Of a DNA stretch of 64,000 bases, positions 57,664 through 64,000 are shown piece after piece. Within the stretch, counting starts at the first letter, position 1. The number at the start of each line of letters is the position of its first letter. The translations under genes were made by a program, and so were the position numbers. Source of the DNA: Muribaculaceae bacterium (GTDB taxonomy: Bacteria > Bacteroidota > Bacteroidia > Bacteroidales > Paludibacteraceae); the NCBI GenBank assembly GCA_963655075.1, contig CAVKDW010000001.1, forward strand, positions 7,862 to 71,861, read 5' to 3'. A model generated the notes under the pieces. The model saw only the letters and a program-made list of their open reading frames with translations. It was not told the origin of the DNA and did not search any database.

Positions 57664-58065
57664 ATGCTCCCACTACTCATCTTCATCGCCTTAGGCATAC
57701 TCATCGCCGTCCTCTACGAGGTACGCGCACACAAACAAGCCAAGACACCCGCCGAAACCCGCACCACAACACCTACCCCATCTGATGGATGCTGCGGACA
57801 ACACCTCGTCTGCGAGCGCGAGACACTCCTGCAGACCAACGACAAGATAATCTACTACGACGACGAAGAACTCGACCAACTGTCGGGCATGGAACCTGCC
57901 GGCTACACTCCCGAGCAACGACAGATGCTCCGGGAGGTCTTCGACACACTCAACGAAGAAGACGTCACAGGCTGGGTACGAAGCCTGCAACTGCGCAATA
58001 TTCAACTGCCTGACGACATACGCGATGAGGCACTACTCATCGTCAGGGAACGACGCAACAGGTAA
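57664..58065 (+). CDS. small N-terminally anchored protein of unknown function
   Basis: 133 aa. One TM helix, a Thr/Pro linker, a CCGQHLVC motif and an acidic C-domain. It follows parE by 30 nt. Confidence 0.5.
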   Translation: MLPLLIFIALGILIAVLYEVRAHKQAKTPAETRTTTPTPSDGCCGQHLVCERETLLQTNDKIIYYDDEELDQLSGMEPAGYTPEQRQMLREVFDTLNEEDVTGWVRSLQLRNIQLPDDIRDEALLIVRERRNR

Positions 58066-58901
58066 ACACCCGCTGCCACCAACACCATACTCACTATCCC
58101 TATCCACAGCGTCTCGCCCGTACCAAACGTCTCCACCACCGACGACTCCCACTGCGCCTTGTCACGCACGTAATATATCACCACCGCCAACGCATTATTG
58201 GTGAAGTGCATCAATATCGGCAACCATAACGAACCCGACCAGTATAGCACATAACCGAATAACGCCCCTAACAACATACGCGGCACAAAACCGTAGAACT
58301 GACAATGCACGGCGGAGAAGATAATAGCCGATACCCATATAGCCACGTGTGCCGAAACCTTGCTCTCGCCACGCGTCAGCAGTCCCTGCACCACCCCACG
58401 GAACGTCAACTCCTCGCCTGCGGCAGGTATCAACGCCATCAGACACACGTTCCCTAACAGCCCCCACGTACTATCTACCTGCAAGAAACGCTCCGTCAAC
58501 TGCGCAGCAGCCTCCTCCTGCTGACGCATCCATGCCTCCAAAGGTGCCATAAACGACGGCAACACCATCTGCTGATTACAGTAACTCAACAGGTTGATAC
58601 ACGGCGAACCGACTACCACTAACACCACCGCTAACAACGCCACTTGCCACCGCATACCATGGTCTATATGCAACCAACCCATAGGCTGCTTGCTCCATAA
58701 ACATGCCATCAACAACGGCGGCAACAGGAACGTACAGAGACTCTGCAACAGTTGCAACACCTTCAACGAACCTACCGACGTGCGGTCAGGAAACAACGAC
58801 CATACACACAACGCCAACATCGTCAGCACCGCCATACAGCCCAACCACATCACCACTTTCACCCAACTCCTCAACCCGGAACAACACCCGACAATCCGCA
58901 T
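58002..58901 (-). CDS. CPBP family intramembrane glutamic endopeptidase (CAAX protease/Abi family)
   Basis: Motifs EELTFRG, FSAVH and HFTNN within a polytopic membrane protein. 299 aa. Confidence 0.85.
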   Translation of the reverse strand: MRIVGCCSGLRSWVKVVMWLGCMAVLTMLALCVWSLFPDRTSVGSLKVLQLLQSLCTFLLPPLLMACLWSKQPMGWLHIDHGMRWQVALLAVVLVVVGSPCINLLSYCNQQMVLPSFMAPLEAWMRQQEEAAAQLTERFLQVDSTWGLLGNVCLMALIPAAGEELTFRGVVQGLLTRGESKVSAHVAIWVSAIIFSAVHCQFYGFVPRMLLGALFGYVLYWSGSLWLPILMHFTNNALAVVIYYVRDKAQWESSVVETFGTGETLWIGIVSMVLVAAGVYLLRRSLTMSSASSRMSSGS

Positions 58902-59025
58902 AACACTATCTGTTTATTCTATCTGATTATTCAATGACAAAAGTCCCTACCTGCTTAACCTGTAATACCCCAAACATCCATACGAACCTGTTCCCGCTAC
59001 TATCGCTGTCATCTCGCTGCCAATT

Positions 59026-59095
59026 ACGGTCGGTACACGGTACATATACGGTTGATATACGGTAGATACACGGTCGATATACGGTAGATAAGCGG
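59026..59095. repeat. 11-bp tandem repeat x6 (ACGGTNGATAY)
   Basis: ACGGTCGGTAC ACGGTACATAT ACGGTTGATAT ACGGTAGATAC ACGGTCGATAT ACGGTAGATAA then GCGG, with exact 11-nt phasing. Confidence 0.9.
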
Positions 59096-59110
59096 AGGTT
59101 ATCCTCTCCA

Positions 59111-59141
59111 ATAAAAAAAGTGAAGGCTCCACACCTTCACT
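59111..59141 (-). terminator. rho-independent terminator after tRNA-Pro
   Basis: GTGAAGG (59120-59126) pairs with CCTTCAC (59134-59140). On the minus strand it is followed by a 7-nt U run (plus-strand AAAAAAA at 59113-59119). Confidence 0.75.
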
Positions 59142-59155
59142 TCCTCTACCCTTTG

Positions 59156-59229
59156 TCGGGATGACAAGATTTGAACTTGCGACCTCCGGTCCCCCAGACC
59201 GTTGCGCTACCGGACTGCGCCACATCCCG
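59156..59229 (-). tRNA. tRNA-Pro (anticodon GGG)
   Basis: Reverse complement folds as CGGGATG-TG-GCGC..GCGC-A-ACGGT-CTGGGGG-ACCGG-AGGTC-GCAAG-TTCAAAT-CTTGT-CATCCCG-A. 74 nt, CCA not encoded. Confidence 0.9.
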
Positions 59230-59283
59230 ATAATTAGACAACAACCGCTATCCCCTACCTTAACCTCTAACCCAAAAGCAGTG

Positions 59284-59291
59284 CAAAGATA
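59284..59291 (-). promoter_or_regulatory. -7 promoter box for tRNA-Pro
   Basis: CAAAGATA, 54 nt upstream of the tRNA 5' end. Confidence 0.5.
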
Positions 59292-59355
59292 CTGCTATTT
59301 ATTAAAACACACAAGAGAATAGATATTTATTTGCATATTTCCTCCTGCAACAGCA

Positions 59356-60834
59356 TCAATATGCCAATGCAAACACAACACGCTGCTTACTGGGTCTGCC
59401 GGTTACCATACATCTTCCCGGAGTATGGTCACTGTCAAACGGGATACAACGGATAGTGGCTTTCGTGTCACTCTTTATCTTCTCCTCCGTCTCGGCAGTG
59501 CCATCCCAGTGACAAAGCAAGAAACCACCTTTCTTTATCTCTTCCTTGAACGCCTCGTATGTATCCACCGTGCGGGTATTGGCAAGACGATAGTCCAAAG
59601 CTTTCTTGAAGATATTACGCTGAACATCCTCCAACAAACGACAAACAGCATCCTCTATACCATCCATCGATACCGTCTCCTTGCTGAGCGTATCTCGACG
59701 GGCAACCTCTATCGTGTTATTCTCCATATCTCGTCCGCCCATCGCTAAACGAACAGGCACACCCTTCATCTCATAATCTGCGAACTTAAAGCCCGGGGTG
59801 GACTTCTCACTGCTATCCACCTTCACACGCACACCACGACTCTTCAGGTTGGATATCACAGGACTCACCTTCGACAAGATAGCGTCCAACTGCTCCTGCG
59901 TCTTGAAGATAGGAACAAACACCACCTGAATAGGAGCCAGATGAGGTGGCAGAACCAACCCGTTATCGTCCGAATGTGTCATGATCAAAGCACCCATCAG
60001 ACGCGTAGACGTACCAAACGACGTAGCCCATGGATACTCATACTTATTCTCTTTGTTCAAGAACTGGACATCAAACGACTTGGCAAAATTCTGTCCCAGG
60101 AAATGACTCGTACCTGCCTGCAGAGCCTTACCATCCTGCATCATCGCCTCCATACAATACGTCTCCACAGCACCAGCAAAACGCTCATTGGGAGACTTGG
60201 TCCCCTTCACCATGGGAATAGCCATCACGTTCTCTGCCACGTCCACATAGACATCCAACATCTTACGGGCAAAAGCATCAGCCTCCTCCGCTGTAGCATG
60301 AGCCGTATGACCCTCCTGCCACAGGAACTCAGCCGTACGAAGGAAAAGACGGGTACGCATCTCCCAACGCATTACATTACACCATTGATTGCACAAGATA
60401 GGCAGATCACGATAACTCGATATCCAGTTCTTGTAGGTGGACCAGATAATCGTCTCAGACGTGGGACGAACAATCAACTCCTCCTCCAACTTTGCGTCAG
60501 GATCAACAACCACACCCGTGCCGTTAGGATCATTCATCAAACGATGATGAGTCACCACAGCACACTCCTTGGCAAACCCCTCTACATGCTCCGCCTCACG
60601 ACTGAAGAATGACTTCGGGATAAGCAACGGGAAATATGCATTCTGCACTCCATACTCCTTGAAACGACTGTCCATCGCCGCTTGTACGCGCTCCCAAATA
60701 GCATAACCATAAGGCTTGATGACCATACAACCGCGGACAGCAGACTGCTCCGCCAAATCAGCCTTCACAACAAGTTCATTGTACCACTTCGAATAGTCCT
60801 CTGCACGAGAGGTTAATCTCTGGAAATTTGCCAT
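59356..60834 (-). CDS. proS: proline--tRNA ligase (archaeal/eukaryote-like short form)
   Basis: 492 aa class II aa[37 protein letters not shown], and the C-terminal ...[10 protein letters not shown] ending typical of this ProRS type. Confidence 0.95.
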   Translation of the reverse strand: MANFQRLTSRAEDYSKWYNELVVKADLAEQSAVRGCMVIKPYGYAIWERVQAAMDSRFKEYGVQNAYFPLLIPKSFFSREAEHVEGFAKECAVVTHHRLMNDPNGTGVVVDPDAKLEEELIVRPTSETIIWSTYKNWISSYRDLPILCNQWCNVMRWEMRTRLFLRTAEFLWQEGHTAHATAEEADAFARKMLDVYVDVAENVMAIPMVKGTKSPNERFAGAVETYCMEAMMQDGKALQAGTSHFLGQNFAKSFDVQFLNKENKYEYPWATSFGTSTRLMGALIMTHSDDNGLVLPPHLAPIQVVFVPIFKTQEQLDAILSKVSPVISNLKSRGVRVKVDSSEKSTPGFKFADYEMKGVPVRLAMGGRDMENNTIEVARRDTLSKETVSMDGIEDAVCRLLEDVQRNIFKKALDYRLANTRTVDTYEAFKEEIKKGGFLLCHWDGTAETEEKIKSDTKATIRCIPFDSDHTPGRCMVTGRPSKQRVVFALAY

Positions 60835-61790
60835 TATCTTAGTCTGTATTGTTTACGTAACTGCTCAAACGCATCAGGCTGAGCCTTCAATTGCTGCGAC
60901 ACACGCTGCAACCAACCGTGTGACGAATCACCCTGCAAAGGTACTGATTTTTTATCGATGGACAAAGCAGGAAGAGCGAAAAAGCGACACAACGCTTCTA
61001 TACACATCGCACTGGCACGCATCTTACCCTCCAACGAATAACCTGCTATATGATACGAACCGATATCCACCAACGATAACAAATCGGTGTTGATATGCGG
61101 CTCGCCCTCCCAACAGTCAATCACTATACGCATATCCTTACCCATGACAGACCGCTTGTGTCGAACCAACGCCTCCTCATCAACAACCCCACCACGCGCA
61201 GTGTTCACCAGCAAAGCACCGGGCTTGCAACGCTGCAGAAAAGCAGCATCAGCCATATGGAACGTCTTATGCTCCCCACCTGTCGTCAATGGTGTATGAA
61301 ACGTTATCATATCACACCTCTGCGCGATCTCATCGAGACCGACACCCATACCCAACGGAGGATCACACACCAACACCTCACACCCCCTGCGAAGTGCCAT
61401 CGCTGCAACCAAACTACCTACATGACCATGACCTACTACACCTACCACTCGCGGTGATGGACATACAGCAACCAACGCGTCCATCGCCTCCTCCACATAG
61501 TCACACACCGCCTGGGCATTGCACCCGGGACATGCAGTCCAAACTACACCTTGACGCTGGCAATATGCCGTATCTATATGATCATAACCTATAGTAGCCG
61601 TAGCCACAAACCGCACACGACTGCCGTCCAACAACGCGCTGTCCACGCGCGTACGGGTACGGACAACCAACGCATCCGCATCATGAACCAACGACGAAGT
61701 AAAACCATCAGGAGCAACATAACACACATCAGCATAAGGCTCCAACACCCCCTGCAGAAATGGTATATACTTCTCTATCAGTACACGCAT
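60834..61790 (-). CDS. pdxB: 4-phosphoerythronate dehydrogenase (D-2-hydroxyacid dehydrogenase family)
   Basis: [12 protein letters not shown]..., [28 protein letters not shown] and GHGHVG. The start was trimmed to the ATG at 61790. The stop overlaps the proS start by 1 nt. Confidence 0.8.
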   Translation of the reverse strand: MRVLIEKYIPFLQGVLEPYADVCYVAPDGFTSSLVHDADALVVRTRTRVDSALLDGSRVRFVATATIGYDHIDTAYCQRQGVVWTACPGCNAQAVCDYVEEAMDALVAVCPSPRVVGVVGHGHVGSLVAAMALRRGCEVLVCDPPLGMGVGLDEIAQRCDMITFHTPLTTGGEHKTFHMADAAFLQRCKPGALLVNTARGGVVDEEALVRHKRSVMGKDMRIVIDCWEGEPHINTDLLSLVDIGSYHIAGYSLEGKMRASAMCIEALCRFFALPALSIDKKSVPLQGDSSHGWLQRVSQQLKAQPDAFEQLRKQYRLR

Positions 61791-61798
61791 AAAGCAGA

Positions 61799-62659
61799 CT
61801 AACAGTACTTGATATTGTCTATCAACCGGACAGCACCGCAATAAACCGTCACACAGCCTATCGCATTGTCAAAAACCTGCGCAGGCTGCAGACTATCCAT
61901 ATCCACAATAGAGTAGTACTCCACCTCCAAACCGTCAATAGCATTTATCGTATCCACGACACGCTGTTGCACCTCCGCAACAGAAGCACCACTATGCGCC
62001 CATTTCACCGACTCAAACAACGTCCTCGAGATACCCGACGCCGTCTCTCTCTCACTATCCGACAGACGCTCATTACGGCTACTCAGTGCCAAACCTGTCT
62101 CCTCACGCACTATAGGACAACCCACTATCGACAAGTCACCAAAAGTACTGCTCAACGACGAACGCTCCACCATATAGTGAATGATCGCTAACTGCTGAAA
62201 ATCTTTCTCTCCAAAATAAGCACGGGTAGGGTGAACCAAATGGAACAAACGGCTCACAACCTGAACCACACCATTGAAATGACCCGGACGCATCTTGCCC
62301 TCCATCACCGCATCCAACCCGTTAAAATCGAACACAAACGGATGAGACATCTCCTCCGCACTGTACATCTCCTCCGCAGTAGGAGCAAAAACAAAATGCA
62401 CACCCAAAGATAACAAGAACTCCGCATCACGATGAATATCCCTCGGATATTTCTCCAAGTCCTCCTTGTTGTTAAACTGTGTGGGATTGACAAACACACT
62501 GACAAAGCAAACATCATTCTCTGCCACAGCACGACGCACCAACGACGCATGACCCTGATGCAACGCACCCATCGTCGGGACAAGACCTATCGTCTTGTTC
62601 TGACGGACACACGCTGCCACCTGACGCGTCAGTTCCTCCTTCGTAGTAAGTAATTGCAT
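61799..62659 (-). CDS. panC: pantoate--beta-alanine ligase
   Basis: PTMGALHQGH, NPTQF and GEKDFQQ blocks. 286 aa. Confidence 0.95.
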   Translation of the reverse strand: MQLLTTKEELTRQVAACVRQNKTIGLVPTMGALHQGHASLVRRAVAENDVCFVSVFVNPTQFNNKEDLEKYPRDIHRDAEFLLSLGVHFVFAPTAEEMYSAEEMSHPFVFDFNGLDAVMEGKMRPGHFNGVVQVVSRLFHLVHPTRAYFGEKDFQQLAIIHYMVERSSLSSTFGDLSIVGCPIVREETGLALSSRNERLSDSERETASGISRTLFESVKWAHSGASVAEVQQRVVDTINAIDGLEVEYYSIVDMDSLQPAQVFDNAIGCVTVYCGAVRLIDNIKYC

Positions 62660-62687
62660 AAACTTGAAAACGTATCAAAAAAGCCTG

Positions 62688-62695
62688 CAAAGGTA
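62688..62695 (-). promoter_or_regulatory. -7 promoter box for the panC-pdxB-proS operon
   Basis: CAAAGGTA, 28 nt upstream of the panC ATG. Confidence 0.6.
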
Positions 62696-62758
62696 CAAAA
62701 AAAACATAGAGAGAACAAAAAAATCAAACCGAATAGAAGAAATATCATTTATTTTTCG

Positions 62759-62766
62759 TACCTTTG
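62759..62766 (+). promoter_or_regulatory. -7 promoter box for the glycogen synthase-like gene
   Basis: TACCTTTG, 36 nt upstream of the ATG at 62803. Confidence 0.6.
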
Positions 62767-62802
62767 CGCTAAAATAGAAGTACCACGTCAATATTTACGC
62801 CT

Positions 62803-63621
62803 ATGAAAGATCCAAGACGCATCCTGTTTGTCTCACAACAGATATACCCCTATCTCGATGAGATGACACCCATACGGGCGCTAAACAGACAACTACCCGA
62901 GTGGTTCCAATCACACGGATACGAGACACGCACATTCATGCCTAAGTTCGGAGAGATAAACGAACGACGCAATCAACTGCACGAAGTGATACGGCTCTCG
63001 GGTATGAACCTTATCATCTCCGACTCCGACCACCCGCTGCTCATCAAAGTGGCAAGCATACAATCCGCACGTATCCAGATATACTTCATCGACAACGATG
63101 ACTATTTCCACCGCCGCCGGGGATGTGCAGACGAACAAGGAACAGAATATCCGGACAACGACGAACGATGCATCTTCTTCGCACGGGGAGCACTCGAGAC
63201 CGTCAAGAAACTACGATGGACACCCAACATCATACAATGCTCCGGATGGATGAGTGCACTCACACCACTGTACGTCAAGAAAGCCTATGCCGATACACCT
63301 TTCTTCCGGGATAGCAAAGTCATACTGCTACTCGATGACGAAGAGTTCAACACCCCCTTTGGCACAAAATTTGCCAACAAACTCCTGATAGACGGTGTAC
63401 TTACGAACCATGTGAGAAGCATCGCAGGATTACCTGTGGGGTACGAAGACCTGATGCGGCTATCCATCGACTACGCTGATGCCATCGTTCTCTCCACACC
63501 TACCGTCAACACAAGACTTCTCAACTATGCACAAAATAGCGGGAAACCGATCTTACCATACGTAGGAGAAGAGAAAAACGAATACCTCAATTTCTGCAAT
63601 AGCCTGCTAACAACAGAATGA
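62803..63621 (+). CDS. short glycogen/starch synthase-like protein (GT5 N-terminal domain type)
   Basis: 272 aa. RILFVSQQIYPY, RTFMPKFG, and IQCSGWMSAL. It is divergent from panC, as in many Bacteroidota. Confidence 0.7.
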   Translation: MKDPRRILFVSQQIYPYLDEMTPIRALNRQLPEWFQSHGYETRTFMPKFGEINERRNQLHEVIRLSGMNLIISDSDHPLLIKVASIQSARIQIYFIDNDDYFHRRRGCADEQGTEYPDNDERCIFFARGALETVKKLRWTPNIIQCSGWMSALTPLYVKKAYADTPFFRDSKVILLLDDEEFNTPFGTKFANKLLIDGVLTNHVRSIAGLPVGYEDLMRLSIDYADAIVLSTPTVNTRLLNYAQNSGKPILPYVGEEKNEYLNFCNSLLTTE

Positions 63622-64000
63622 TGCAAAAAAAACAAATATACTGCTTACTGACCATACTCACTATATGCTTGGTAGGCTGCAAAGACGATGTCGCAGACGC
63701 AGGCGCATCTTTGCTCAAAGACGAAGACAATATCAGTGTCAAAGCAGACACGTTCTCTGTATATTCACAACTCGGGACATGTGACCCTGTCAGCATGACA
63801 CCCGACTCTTTCCTGCTCGGAGAGTGCGACACACACTTCGGGACAATCAAAGCAGACATACTCACGCAGTTGGCATGCCCGCAAGGCTTTCAGTACCCAT
63901 CGGCTAACACAGCACAAGTGGACTCTGTATGCCTGTTCCTCTACTACAACAGTTGGTACGGAGATGGTAACACTCCACTCAGCATCACCGTGTACGAGAT
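63618..64000 (+). CDS. 3'-truncated lipoprotein (DUF4270-like, name from memory)
   Basis: The ATG at 63618 overlaps the previous stop (ATGA). It encodes MMQKKQIYCLLTILTICLVGCKDD... (lipobox) and stays open to the window edge. It is not in the ORF track because it is truncated. Confidence 0.55.
   Translation, partial: MMQKKQIYCLLTILTICLVGCKDDVADAGASLLKDEDNISVKADTFSVYSQLGTCDPVSMTPDSFLLGECDTHFGTIKADILTQLACPQGFQYPSANTAQVDSVCLFLYYNSWYGDGNTPLSITVYE

Noticed and set aside
58947-59225. 92-aa minus-strand ORF
   Set aside because: It is composed of tRNA-Pro, its terminator and the 11-bp repeat array read as codons (…YIDRVSTVYQPYMYRV…), so it is not a gene.

Overview
This is a chromosomal window from a Bacteroidota genome (Bacteroidales-like, T9SS/gliding type). 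The assignment rests on 29 intergenic matches to the Bacteroidota -7 promoter box TAnnTTTG just upstream of genes, TonB-dependent receptors with carboxypeptidase-regulatory N-domains, gldD, a fused secDF, a serine-palmitoyltransferase-like gene and a GGGP-synthase homolog. I call 55 protein genes, mostly housekeeping: mdh, nadB, efp, secDF, sufB, tadA, ribD, prmC, recX, smpB, parE, proS, pdxB, panC and glycogen genes. I also call 4 tRNAs (fMet-CAT, Cys-GCA, Leu-TAA, Pro-GGG), one candidate 6S-like ncRNA, several hairpin terminators and five short tandem-repeat arrays. I saw no transposase, integrase, CRISPR array, rRNA or recognisable defence system. The most unusual content is an accessory-looking envelope region (28.1-46.5 kb) next to the tRNA cluster. 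(1) It holds a divergent operon pair: ABC ATPase/permease/anchored protein facing TonB receptor/lipoprotein/beta-barrel, with 22-bp direct repeats in the shared control region. (2) It also holds a five-gene operon: Cys/His-rich protein, TonB receptor, HMA metallochaperone with a His-rich tail, CxxxC lipoprotein and PepSY_TM protein. This looks like an uncharacterised TonB-dependent metal acquisition system. The window also shows very strong strand-specific codon-3 composition. One 5-kb + strand block (gldD to dus) carries the opposite-strand signature, probably a recent inversion. All functional names come from reading the translations and motifs by eye; nothing was checked against a database, and the DUF family names are recalled from memory.
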